Assembly (NCBI GenBank): GCA_945885475.1 | Contig: CAMCYR010000001.1 | Coordinates: forward strand, 47,956-111,955 | Reading direction: 5' to 3' | Source of the DNA: Chitinophaga pinensis | GTDB taxonomy: Bacteria; Bacteroidota; Bacteroidia; 2-12-FULL-35-15 | DNA length: 64,000 nucleotides | Part shown: piece by piece, positions 40,170-50,142 of the stretch | Layout of the letters: every line of letters starts with the position of its first letter | How positions within the stretch are numbered: position 1 is the first letter of the stretch | Position numbers and translations under genes: made by a program | The notes under the pieces: generated by a model | The model's input: the letters and a program-made list of their open reading frames with translations, nothing else | Database searches by the model: none | Told to the model about the DNA's origin: nothing

Positions 40170-41624
40170 ATGAAATCGAAAAAAAATAAAATTTTCTTTC
40201 TAGCAATAGCCGCAAGCTTTTCACATTTCAGCATGTGGGCTCAGCAAACTAGAAATGTTGGAGATTTTAGTGGAATCAAATCAGGCGACTCCTTCTTAAT
40301 TAACGTTACTCAGGGAGCTGTTAATACGTTAAAAATTAATGCGACTGAAGCGGTATTAGCTCAAGTTAAAACGGAGGTAAAAGATGGTATTTTAATCATT
40401 TCAACAGAAGGAAATTTGAAAGGGAACGATGAGATTTCCGTTGTGATTTCTATTAAATCCCTCTCGAGTGTCGATGTTTCGGGAACAGCCGAGGTAAAAA
40501 GTGAAAATCAATTAATATGCGACAAACTTATAATTAGTACGAATGGTGCTGGAGATATTCAATTGGACTTAAAAGCAAATGAGATCAAAACAGAAATAAG
40601 CGGTGCCGGAGATGTTTCACTAAAAGGCACAACAGCGAGCCTTGACGCTACTGTTTCAGGAGCGGGTGATTTAAAAGCTTCGAATTTAGATGCGACAAAA
40701 ATCATTGTAAAGGTTTCTGGAGCTGGTGATGCAAAAGTAAATGCCATTCAAAGTCTAAATGCAGATGTTTCAGGTGCGGGATCTATAATTTACAAAGGCA
40801 ACCCGATTGATCGCACTGTCAATATCAGCGGAGTAGGTTCGGTAAGAGAAAGTAAAACAGGCAATGGGGATGAAACGAACAGCGATACCACAAAATTCAA
40901 GTTGGGAAATAAAAAATATATGATCATTGGTGAAGATGATGAAAAATTTGATTACAAAAAAAGATTCGATAAAAAAGATTCGATAAAAAAATACAAAAAG
41001 GATTTTAAACACTGGAATGGAATCGAGATCGGAGTAAACGGATTAATGGATTATAAAAACAACATTAATCTGCCCGCTGGTGCAAGCTTTCTGGAATTAG
41101 ATTATGCAAAATCTTTACAGTTCGGTTTAAATCTTTTCGAAAAAGATTTTCATGTCTATAAAAATTATGTGAACATCGTAACAGGTTTAGGTTTTGATTT
41201 TAACCATTATGCTTTACAGAACAACATTACATTAAATGGTGATACAACCTATTTATCAGCAATCACGGATTCTACAATTGATTACAAAAAAAATAAATTG
41301 AATATCACCTATATTAAAATTCCACTAATGCTTGAATTCAACACCAGCAAGAACCCTAATAAAAATTTGCATATTGCAGTAGGTGCTGAATTCGCATACA
41401 GAATACATGCAGTTACAAAACAAAAATACGAAGCGAACGACAAGCATTACAAAATCAGACAAAGTGATGATTTCAATCTGGAGCCATTCCGCTACAGTGC
41501 AGTTGCAAGGATCGGATACAATAATGTTACCATATTTGCAAATTATGGATTAAACAGATTATTCAAAAAAGACAAAGGACCGCAAGTTTATCCATTTACA
41601 ATTGGAGTTACAGTAGCTATGTAA
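40170..41624 (+). CDS. Head GIN (DUF2807) domain fused to an outer-membrane beta-barrel
   Basis: Signal peptide, TRNVGDFSGI, repeated SGAGD/SGAGS turns, Lys-rich linker, then GIEIG.NGL..LNLFE..GLGFD..HY..KIPLMLEF..ARIGY. Confidence 0.7.
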   Translation: MKSKKNKIFFLAIAASFSHFSMWAQQTRNVGDFSGIKSGDSFLINVTQGAVNTLKINATEAVLAQVKTEVKDGILIISTEGNLKGNDEISVVISIKSLSSVDVSGTAEVKSENQLICDKLIISTNGAGDIQLDLKANEIKTEISGAGDVSLKGTTASLDATVSGAGDLKASNLDATKIIVKVSGAGDAKVNAIQSLNADVSGAGSIIYKGNPIDRTVNISGVGSVRESKTGNGDETNSDTTKFKLGNKKYMIIGEDDEKFDYKKRFDKKDSIKKYKKDFKHWNGIEIGVNGLMDYKNNINLPAGASFLELDYAKSLQFGLNLFEKDFHVYKNYVNIVTGLGFDFNHYALQNNITLNGDTTYLSAITDSTIDYKKNKLNITYIKIPLMLEFNTSKNPNKNLHIAVGAEFAYRIHAVTKQKYEANDKHYKIRQSDDFNLEPFRYSAVARIGYNNVTIFANYGLNRLFKKDKGPQVYPFTIGVTVAM

Positions 41625-41653
41625 TCTATACGTTTAGTTTGCCACATTACTTG

Positions 41654-41695
41654 CTCCGCTCAGAATGACCATATGAAACGTCAGTCAGAGCGGAG
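41654..41695. repeat. Degenerate REP doublet related to the 27034 element; probable terminator between convergent genes
   Basis: CTCCGCTCAGAATGAC-spacer-GTCAGTCAGAGCGGAG followed by a T-run. Confidence 0.6.
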
Positions 41696-41705
41696 TTTTT
41701 AATTT

Positions 41706-42464
41706 TTATAAAGCGCTATTCATCTGAAAAAGCAATGGCTTGCTGGGTGATGCATCGTTTTCAAAACTAGCAATCTGAATATTCAATAAATAAGTGCCAT
41801 CATAAATAGTATTGGGGACATAGATCATCTCTGTGATTGTTCGCTCTGTTTTTGTATTGAAAGGGTATTGCCAAAAAGCATGATGAGCGAGTAACTTACC
41901 TCCATCGGATTCTTTATCCACCGAAGGTAGGTCGATCAACAAATGATCAATACCCAACTGATCAATGAAAATAGCAGCTTCCTCTTGTAAATAGGGAGGA
42001 TTTGTATTTGAATACTGCTTATTGATTTTAGAGATATGATTATCCAATGTCCTGATCACAATAGCTTCAGGACGCTTATCGCCTAAACAATTTTCGATGT
42101 GTTTTTTTGTAATCACTCTATCGCCATCAGCTGTGTCGTCAGGCAGAATGGTGATGACTTCCGCGATAAAGAAGAACTTTTTCAATGTCTGATTAATAGA
42201 ATAATCTTCTTTACTGATATGACCGACACATTCGGTATGCGTCCCATTTCCATGAGGATTGAACATAATATTCCTGAAATTAACTGAGCCGCCTTGCTTT
42301 ACATCGCCCACCCAATCGCCCATACGGACAGGTTCTATTATTACAGGATTTGAATACCATGCATTTACATTTTCAGTTCCCGTTCGAAGAGGGATAGAAA
42401 TATCGATCGGCTTTGCCAGATCAACAGTATATGACTTTCCTTTATGTGAAATTTTCGATATCAT
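41706..42464 (-). CDS. Cyclase family (kynurenine formamidase KynB-like) metallohydrolase
   Basis: NPHGNGTHTE, LLIDLPSVD, TITE. Confidence 0.82.
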   Translation of the reverse strand: MISKISHKGKSYTVDLAKPIDISIPLRTGTENVNAWYSNPVIIEPVRMGDWVGDVKQGGSVNFRNIMFNPHGNGTHTECVGHISKEDYSINQTLKKFFFIAEVITILPDDTADGDRVITKKHIENCLGDKRPEAIVIRTLDNHISKINKQYSNTNPPYLQEEAAIFIDQLGIDHLLIDLPSVDKESDGGKLLAHHAFWQYPFNTKTERTITEMIYVPNTIYDGTYLLNIQIASFENDASPSKPLLFQMNSAL

Positions 42465-43597
42465 GATTCGTTTGTTTTAAAAAGGTCACTTGAAATTTTA
42501 TCTGCGATCAACTTTCCTTTATCTGATAAATATATTTTTTTTTCTTCATTTAACACATGACCAGATTGTATATATGGTTGAACTTCTTCAATGAAAAAGC
42601 TCAAATATCCGCTCCCAAAGGCCCGCTCTAAATAATCCAGATCAATACCCCAAATCGTTCTTAAGGATGTAAGTATATATTCGTTATAACATTGATTAAT
42701 AGTTAACTCTTCTTTTTCAAAATTCAGTTCGCCCTTATCCAGCGACTGAATGTACAAAGCATTATTTGAAATATTCCATTGACGGCTGCTGCCATTAAAA
42801 GAGTGTGCTGATGGACCGAGACCTAAATACTTTTCTTTCAGCCAATAACTGCTATTATGCTTTGAGTAGGCTCCATCTTTACAGAAATTCGATATTTCGT
42901 ACTGTACAAAATCATTGCTATGCATTGCATCAAGCATGATCTCAAACTGTTCGGAACTATGTTGCTCATCTACATTTTTTACAGAGCCTATTTTAACCTG
43001 CTGCGCCAATACCGTTTTAGGTTCAACTGTTAAGCAATAGGCAGAAATATGCTTTATATTCAATGCAAAAGCGATTTGCAAATTATTCCTCCAGTTATGG
43101 TGAGTCAATGTTGGAATCCCATAAATCAGATCGATGGTGATATTTTCAAATCCATTTGATAGCGCCAATTTAACTGCTTTTAAAGCTTCATCGGAACTAT
43201 GCGCACGATTCATTAATTTCAAATCCTCATCATAGAAACTTTGAATCCCTATACTTAACCTATTTATAGGTGTATCTTTCAATTCATTTATCTTCAATTC
43301 CGTTAGGTCATCCGGATTCGCCTCCAAAGTAATTTCAGCTTCAGGATGAATCATGAAATGTTGATTCAAGGTATCAAAAATATCCATCAATTCAATTTTC
43401 GAAAGAAGAGATGGCGTTCCTCCGCCAAAATAAATTGTAGAGATCATTTCGTTTTCCAAATATTTTTTACGGAGCGTAATTTCTTTTTTCAACGCATTCA
43501 GAAATGAAGATTTATTTTGTAGCAAAGTTGAAAAATGAAAGTCGCAATAATGACAGGCCTGTTTACAAAAAGGGATATGAATATAAATACCAGCCAT
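42461..43597 (-). CDS. hemW: Radical SAM heme chaperone HemW
   Basis: YIHIPFCKQACHYCDF, YFGGGTPS, TLEANP, RLSIGIQSF, DLIYGIP, YEISNF. Confidence 0.92.
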   Translation of the reverse strand: MAGIYIHIPFCKQACHYCDFHFSTLLQNKSSFLNALKKEITLRKKYLENEMISTIYFGGGTPSLLSKIELMDIFDTLNQHFMIHPEAEITLEANPDDLTELKINELKDTPINRLSIGIQSFYDEDLKLMNRAHSSDEALKAVKLALSNGFENITIDLIYGIPTLTHHNWRNNLQIAFALNIKHISAYCLTVEPKTVLAQQVKIGSVKNVDEQHSSEQFEIMLDAMHSNDFVQYEISNFCKDGAYSKHNSSYWLKEKYLGLGPSAHSFNGSSRQWNISNNALYIQSLDKGELNFEKEELTINQCYNEYILTSLRTIWGIDLDYLERAFGSGYLSFFIEEVQPYIQSGHVLNEEKKIYLSDKGKLIADKISSDLFKTNES

Positions 43598-45099
43598 TAT
43601 TTATTCAGGACAATTCTAAAAGAAGTTCCTTTATCGGTTTCAGAATTTTTAACAAATATTTTTCCGGAATGATAATTCTCAATAATTCGCTTTGTAAGCG
43701 ACAAACCTAAGCCCCACCCTCTTTTTTTGGTAGTGAATCCAGGCTCGAAAACTGTTTTGTATTTTGATTTTGGAATTCCTTTTCCAGTATCCGTGATATC
43801 GATGTATACAAACTGAATTTGATCAGAAAGTGAAATTATTATCGATCCGTTTCCGTCCATTGCATCCACAGCATTACGTATCAGATTCTCGATCACCCAC
43901 TCAAACAAAGGAACATTTAATTGTCCGAATACTTCTTTCTCATTTCCCGAATCGATTATAAATGATACATTTTTGGATGTTCTCAATTTCATATAATTCA
44001 CGGCATCGTTCAATACTTTAACAACATCAACCGTATCCAATTTAGGAATCGAACCAATTTTTGAAAATCGTTCCGTAATCGTTTCCAAACGTTTCACATC
44101 TTTTTCTATCTCCACTGCTGTTTCAGAATCCAATCCTTTTGAACGCAAGTACTCTAACCAAGCAATAAGCGAAGACAAAGGAGTTCCTAGTTGGTGAGCC
44201 GTTTCTTTAGCCATCCCTACCCAAACTTGGTTCTGTTCTACCCTTCTAGCTGTGCTAAACAATAAATAGGCAACAAAAAGGAACAATCCGATGATTGAAA
44301 ACATTACATACGGATAGTATTTTAACTGCGTAAGAAGTATGGATTCTTTATAAAAAATATAGCTTTTACTGCCATCGCCAATTTCTACTTCTATTGGTTG
44401 GTTCTCTGAGGCCATAAGTACCAACATTTCTCTAACAAAAATCGGATCTTTAATTTTCAAAGAATCAACATTTCCGGAAGCAAGAACATTCAGACGAGTG
44501 GAATCAGTATAGATTACCGGAACGGATGCAGAATTCACCGCAACTTCCGAGATAAACGATTTTATAAGATCATCTAAATTGTTCTTTAATTCGGAGAACA
44601 ATTTAGAATCCTGATAATATAAATAATTCTTTTGCCCTTTGTAAATCGTAATTTCAATTGGGTCCTGAACCGAACGCATAGCCTGCATCTGAAGCTTAAG
44701 GTACGTTTTATCATTTTCCTTTTCCGGATCTAGATTCCGAGAAGTAATCACCGTTCCGTGCTCATCGGTAAGGATTACGGGAACCGTAGTATTATCCGCG
44801 ACAACTTTTAAAACGAAACCATAATCGCTGAGATCCTTGGAAAGCTGGCGAGTTGCTTCTGCCCACAACTCGACTTTTTTTCGTTCATCAATTTTTATTT
44901 TATTAAATAGTTCATTGGTATATTTTACAAGTTCAGCTTTCTTTTTAATTGCATCCGCCCACAACTTCACCTTCACCCGCTCTTCCTTAGCAATCTTATT
45001 TACGAGCGTATTTGTATACCACAAAGAGGCAGCAACAATTAAAATGGCTGCAACAAACAACCACAATTTCCATTGTTGTTTTTTTAAATAAATACTCAT
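43597..45099 (-). CDS. Orphan sensor histidine kinase with internally duplicated sensor domain
   Basis: Two TM segments, H-box ETAHQLGTPLSS, N-box ENLIRNAVDAM, DTGKGI, FEPGFTTK, GWGLGL. Confidence 0.92.
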   Translation of the reverse strand: MSIYLKKQQWKLWLFVAAILIVAASLWYTNTLVNKIAKEERVKVKLWADAIKKKAELVKYTNELFNKIKIDERKKVELWAEATRQLSKDLSDYGFVLKVVADNTTVPVILTDEHGTVITSRNLDPEKENDKTYLKLQMQAMRSVQDPIEITIYKGQKNYLYYQDSKLFSELKNNLDDLIKSFISEVAVNSASVPVIYTDSTRLNVLASGNVDSLKIKDPIFVREMLVLMASENQPIEVEIGDGSKSYIFYKESILLTQLKYYPYVMFSIIGLFLFVAYLLFSTARRVEQNQVWVGMAKETAHQLGTPLSSLIAWLEYLRSKGLDSETAVEIEKDVKRLETITERFSKIGSIPKLDTVDVVKVLNDAVNYMKLRTSKNVSFIIDSGNEKEVFGQLNVPLFEWVIENLIRNAVDAMDGNGSIIISLSDQIQFVYIDITDTGKGIPKSKYKTVFEPGFTTKKRGWGLGLSLTKRIIENYHSGKIFVKNSETDKGTSFRIVLNK

Positions 45100-45301
45100 A
45101 AACCTAGTTTTCTTTCTGCTATAAAATTAGTGTTTTTTATTATAGGAAGTGACATTTAACAGGGTGAATCTCAATTCATCCGATTCAAAAAAGAATAAAA
45201 AAAGGACATTTTAGATGGAGGAATATCTTCAGAAATAAATTTGTCACTATTACTAGTGGCTTGCAGGGAAACTAAAGACAAAAGTTAAAAAATTTATACC
45301 A

Positions 45302-47962
45302 TTAAAAATCTTCTGCTTCAGGTTTTTTAGGTTTTTTCAACTCTTTTTTCTCTTCTTTTTTATCTTCCTCTTCCCACTTAATAATAAATTTGGGATCATC
45401 TTTAAACGTCTTTTTATTCAAAGATGAATCTTTTTTAAACAAACCAAACTCCTCTTTCAAAATCACTTTAAGTGTTTGTTTTTCAACTTTCAGATCCTGT
45501 TTCACATTTTGAATCGCGCTTTTCGAATCATATTTAATCACCGGATTATCAATTGTACCGGTCATAGATAAAAAAATATTTGTTCGCCCGAGACCATCAT
45601 CCGCCACTTCACCAAATTCATCATTCTCTTTTTTAGCCTGTTTCGCTTTTTTTGAAAGCAATTCGTTCAGTGATAACTTGAACTTATAATTAATCACATT
45701 ATTGAATGTGTGCGTACCGGAAGCTACAATACTAATGGCGTTCGATTTAACTTCCATTCTTGGAATAGAAATAACCTGACCCTTTACTTCAATTTGATTT
45801 TTCAGTGTAGAGAAACGAATATTTTCAAGATCTTTCAGCTCAATGAATCGAGATAAACTTTTCATTGCCTGCACATTATTCAGTTCTCCATTTTCGATGG
45901 TCATATCAACACCTGCATACAGTTTATCCAGGTCCATTTTTAGTTCAGAATCCAATACGGAAGCAAACTGAATTTTTGCTGTCGCAACACCTTTTAAATT
46001 TTTATATGTAACTGCTGTCTGCCCAAAATTTTCAAACTGTTCAAACATTTTTGTAATATTGATTCTGTCGATATCCGAAAAGCAGGTGATTAAAATCCGG
46101 GTACTATCGCTTCCATCAATGAGGCCACTAGTTGTAATTTTTCCGTTCATTGTTGAAAGCACAATTGGATCTACCACCATTTTTTTATCTTTTAGCTTAA
46201 TCAATCCTTTAATGTTCGATGCATCAAATTTCCTGAAGACCAAATGTTCGATCTCGCTATTTAAATTAACATCAACCAAATCGGAAAACTTAAGTTTATA
46301 TTTATTTCCAGAAGTTGCATCTGGTTCTTTATTAGCAAGCAATTCATTTAGATCTATGTTTTTAGAAGTCAAAGTCGCGTCAACGGTAATGTTTTGATTT
46401 TCTTTAATCAGAAAACCGATGATATTTCTGAAAAATCCTTTCAACTCAAAATCGCTGCTAGCAACATTCCCTGAAAAAGTATTTACAGCGAGATCGTTAT
46501 TGTCGAATTTAAATTCACCGTTAAAATCGTTAAAACCAAGTGTGTAGTTTTTTAATTTAAAATTCACATTTCTGATCTTCAGATCACCAGATGTGGTAAT
46601 ATTCTCATAATTTCCAGAGCTCACATTCCGTCCTTCACCACTAAATAAAACATCAACCATCAGCGACCCGTTTACCGACTCGATTGTATCAAGTTTCATG
46701 AATTTTTGAAGATTTTCGAGATTCATATCTGCTTTCACCTTGCCTGAAAAAGAAGGATTCTCTATATCCCTGAGTGTCAATTCACCTTCTATCTTTCCTT
46801 GATCGATTGATGCAGAAAAAGGAATAAGCGTAAGTAATGAAGACTCATTTGTATTTTTGTTCCCGCTAAAATAATGACCTTTCAGATTCACGTTGTGCAA
46901 TCTGAGATCATCTTTTACTTGTGTAATTTCAGCATTGCTGATTCCGAAATCTGCAGTGATCTGAGGCATTTGTTTTTCTGAGACAACACCTTGAATAAGT
47001 GCATCAAAATAAAAGATACCATCACTTACATAATCGTTTATTTTACCTTTGTATTTATTGGGAACAAGCGACAAAACAGACTTCACATCCATATCTTTCC
47101 CTTTTAAACCAAAATTTACAATTGGTTCATTTCCCTTATTAATTAAACTTCCAAAAACCTCAAATAGGAGTTCTTCGATTTTTATTTTTCCATTTTTAAT
47201 TTTGTAAGATGGCATAGAATTATCAACAGCTAAGGACAATTCGGCATGAACATTTTTCTTATTAAGATAATTCACATTTTCTGTTTCAATAAAACTAAAA
47301 AACAAATCAGCATTCGTTTCAAGTGCATATTTTTCGTCAGAAAACTTCCCTGACAAATGGCTGTTTTTTATAAAAAAATCGATATTTTGCTTGAACTGCT
47401 GATTTTTAAATGAAACTTGAATATCTTTCAGATCGATATCTTCCAAAGAAAATGCAAAAGAAGTATTGCTTGTATCTCTGGATGATTTCCAGAAATGGTA
47501 ATTGTCATTCCCGTTCTCATCAATTCGCAATTTCAAAGTTACAGTTGCAATTTCAATTTTTTCAACACGATAGTTTTTCTTAAAAACATCTAGCACATTG
47601 AATTGAAATGAAATTTTACCAGCTGAAAATAAGGTATCTTTATTTTTTCGTTGAATAGCCTCCATCGCTTTCACATTTTTAAAATCGACAGAAGCATAAG
47701 GGAAATTTTGCAGTACTGTAAAATCAATATCCTTCCCATCCACTATTATTTCGGTATTCAATTGCTTATTTAGTTCCGCAATTATATATTCTTTTACTTC
47801 ATCCTGATAAAAGTATCCGATCAAAAAAGCGCCACCTGAAAGCAATAAAAACAAAAAAGTAAAAAACAAAAAAGTACGTTTCAGAAACCGCAAAAATCCG
47901 AAAGACTTTAGCTGGGCTTGTTCAGGAATGGTATTCTGATTTTCATTATTCATCATGCTCAC
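45302..47962 (-). CDS. AsmA-like family protein
   Basis: N-terminal TM anchor then beta-taco-like repeats, IDFTVLQNFPYASV, C-terminal GTHTF.N.INY. Confidence 0.75.
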   Translation of the reverse strand: MSMMNNENQNTIPEQAQLKSFGFLRFLKRTFLFFTFLFLLLSGGAFLIGYFYQDEVKEYIIAELNKQLNTEIIVDGKDIDFTVLQNFPYASVDFKNVKAMEAIQRKNKDTLFSAGKISFQFNVLDVFKKNYRVEKIEIATVTLKLRIDENGNDNYHFWKSSRDTSNTSFAFSLEDIDLKDIQVSFKNQQFKQNIDFFIKNSHLSGKFSDEKYALETNADLFFSFIETENVNYLNKKNVHAELSLAVDNSMPSYKIKNGKIKIEELLFEVFGSLINKGNEPIVNFGLKGKDMDVKSVLSLVPNKYKGKINDYVSDGIFYFDALIQGVVSEKQMPQITADFGISNAEITQVKDDLRLHNVNLKGHYFSGNKNTNESSLLTLIPFSASIDQGKIEGELTLRDIENPSFSGKVKADMNLENLQKFMKLDTIESVNGSLMVDVLFSGEGRNVSSGNYENITTSGDLKIRNVNFKLKNYTLGFNDFNGEFKFDNNDLAVNTFSGNVASSDFELKGFFRNIIGFLIKENQNITVDATLTSKNIDLNELLANKEPDATSGNKYKLKFSDLVDVNLNSEIEHLVFRKFDASNIKGLIKLKDKKMVVDPIVLSTMNGKITTSGLIDGSDSTRILITCFSDIDRINITKMFEQFENFGQTAVTYKNLKGVATAKIQFASVLDSELKMDLDKLYAGVDMTIENGELNNVQAMKSLSRFIELKDLENIRFSTLKNQIEVKGQVISIPRMEVKSNAISIVASGTHTFNNVINYKFKLSLNELLSKKAKQAKKENDEFGEVADDGLGRTNIFLSMTGTIDNPVIKYDSKSAIQNVKQDLKVEKQTLKVILKEEFGLFKKDSSLNKKTFKDDPKFIIKWEEEDKKEEKKELKKPKKPEAEDF

Positions 47963-48109
47963 TTCGTTTCAATACAAAGTTTACTAAAAAACTAAGACGT
48001 ACGTTATTAACTAAAGATTTGTTATCAATAACGCAACGTGGATAAGTTTAGTGTGATATAAATTTAAAAGGCAGAACCGGGTATTTCCTCATCTTATCGA
48101 ATGAAATGA

Positions 48110-48160
48110 AATTATTTGTCCCTTGGCTCTTTCTTTTAAAAAGTCAAGGAACAAGTAAAT
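48110..48160. terminator. Imperfect 19-bp hairpin downstream of rluB
   Basis: AATTATTTGTCCCTTGGCT versus reverse complement ATTTACTTGTTCCTTGACT, mostly transition differences. Confidence 0.4.
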
Positions 48161-48195
48161 CTATAAAAAAGCTGAGAATTGTATTATTGAATTGT

Positions 48196-49515
48196 TTATT
48201 CAGCGGGGCTGATCATTTTCAGCATCCCCACTTCCGAATCGGAGAGCAATCTCCAACGGCCACGCGAGAGATCCTTTTTAGTTAAGGAGCCGAACATGAC
48301 ACGATCAAGCTTGCGGACATTGTACCCCATGTGTTCAAAGATCCTTCTTACAATACGGTTTTTACCAGAATGAATTTCTACACCTACTTGCGTTTTATCG
48401 ATTCCATTCGCAACGTAACTAATTTCATCCACTTTTATAGGACCATCCTCCAATTCTAATCCTTCAGCAATCTTATCAAGATCAACACGTTTTAGAGGCT
48501 TATCTAATTCTACATGATAAATTTTACGCACGCCAAACTTAGGGTGTGTTAATTTTTTTGTCAGATCACCATCGTTGGTAAACATAAGCAAACCGGTGGT
48601 GGCGCGATCTAATCTACCAACAGGATAAACACGTTCTTTACAAGCACCTTGAATCAGTTCCAAAACAGTTCTACGTTTTTGAGGATCATCAGCGGTCGTT
48701 ATATAATCTTTAGGCTTATTCAAGATAAGATAAACCAGTCGTTCTTTCTTGAGCGTTTGTCCGCCATATTTAATGATATCGGTGGGCTTAACACGATATC
48801 CCATCTCAACAATTGTCTTTCCATTCACCTGAACAACACCAGAGGAGATCAAATCATCGGCTTCTCTTCGTGAGCAAATTCCAGCATTGGCAATATATTT
48901 ATTCAACCTTACTAATCCGTCATCTTCTTCTCTCGATTTCGTTACGGTCGTATTTTTGCCGGACCAGGTTTTCTTTACATAGGGTTTCTTCTCATACCCT
49001 CTGCCTTTAAAACCTTTCCCTTTATCAGCACTGAATCCTGTTTTCGGTTTTTCAAATTCAAAATCACGCTCATCAAGGTCATATGGATTTTTTGAAACAG
49101 CCGCTTTTTTAAATGAGCGGGGTTCTTTATTAAACGGCTTTTTAACGAAAGGCTTTGAAGCGCTATCCGGCTTCCCCTTTGAGCTTTTCCTTTCGGGTTT
49201 CTCTGAAGATTTTGATGAAAAGGAATCGTCAGCATTTGATTTTTTACCTCTTGAATCTTCCGAGCGAGCGGAAGTTCTTTTTCCAGAACTTCCAAAATCT
49301 GAAGGACGAGATTCATCACGGTAACGTTCAAAAACGGGTTTATTGTCGCGTTTATCTCTCCGGTCTTTTGTTGACGTTGAAGATTTCTCTTCCGAATCAG
49401 AACTTTTTGGTTTAGAGAAGGCAGGCTTTCTGTCTTGGTCCACAACTTTTTTTGCTCCCACAGAGCGTTTCCCTTTCGTATCCTTACCTGATTGGCGCTT
49501 GAATTCTTTTGACAT
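48196..49515 (-). CDS. rluB: 23S rRNA pseudouridine synthase (RluB/RluF type) with long charged N-terminal extension
   Basis: S4 domain RLNKYIANAGICSRREAD, catalytic VGRLDRATTG, GKNRIVRR. ATG 49515 preferred because TTG 49533 lies in the TATCTTTG box at 49531-49538. Confidence 0.85.
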   Translation of the reverse strand: MSKEFKRQSGKDTKGKRSVGAKKVVDQDRKPAFSKPKSSDSEEKSSTSTKDRRDKRDNKPVFERYRDESRPSDFGSSGKRTSARSEDSRGKKSNADDSFSSKSSEKPERKSSKGKPDSASKPFVKKPFNKEPRSFKKAAVSKNPYDLDERDFEFEKPKTGFSADKGKGFKGRGYEKKPYVKKTWSGKNTTVTKSREEDDGLVRLNKYIANAGICSRREADDLISSGVVQVNGKTIVEMGYRVKPTDIIKYGGQTLKKERLVYLILNKPKDYITTADDPQKRRTVLELIQGACKERVYPVGRLDRATTGLLMFTNDGDLTKKLTHPKFGVRKIYHVELDKPLKRVDLDKIAEGLELEDGPIKVDEISYVANGIDKTQVGVEIHSGKNRIVRRIFEHMGYNVRKLDRVMFGSLTKKDLSRGRWRLLSDSEVGMLKMISPAE

Positions 49516-49609
49516 GTTTGATCTTTTTTGCAAAGATACAAAAAATAAAGAAATTAAGCTTAGAATTCCCTTCCATCAAGGGAATTACGAAAACAAAGCT
49601 ATAAACCGA

Positions 49610-49969
49610 CTATAAAAGAGGATAAAAAGCATCTTCGATATGTTTGATGGCATTATAATCATTTAAAACAATGGATATGATATCAAAACGAACTTCCAGA
49701 TCCAAATTTTTCCTCTCGATGTATTCGTTTGCTGCTTTGATCAGATTTTTTTGCTTCTGCTTCGTCACGAAACTTTCGGGTTCACCAAAATAATTGCTTT
49801 TCCGCGTTTTTACCTCTATTACAACGAGCGTCTTTTCAAATTTTGCAATAATATCGGCCTCCAAATACCCAAACCGCCAATTCGTTTCCAAAATTGTCAT
49901 CCCCTTTTCTCTCAAAAATGTTGCAGCCATTTCTTCCCCTTTTTTACCTGTATTGTTATGTTCAGCCAT
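49610..49969 (-). CDS. yraN: YraN family (UPF0102) PD-(D/E)xK-like protein
   Basis: GKKGE..A..FL, ETNWR, EADII, IEVKTR, RFDII; start at MAEHNN. Confidence 0.88.
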   Translation of the reverse strand: MAEHNNTGKKGEEMAATFLREKGMTILETNWRFGYLEADIIAKFEKTLVVIEVKTRKSNYFGEPESFVTKQKQKNLIKAANEYIERKNLDLEVRFDIISIVLNDYNAIKHIEDAFYPLL

Positions 49970-50142
49970 CGATCTTTTAGTTGTTATTTCATATAAAAGT
50001 TGGCAAATATGGATCATTCTTCCGAAACATTAACTATTTATAATTTTTTGGTACAACTTTTGAAATAGGCACAGTGCTCTTAAAAATATTTACTATTTTA
50101 GCACACGGGTGCGATTTTTAAACTAAAATTAAAATAGAACAA

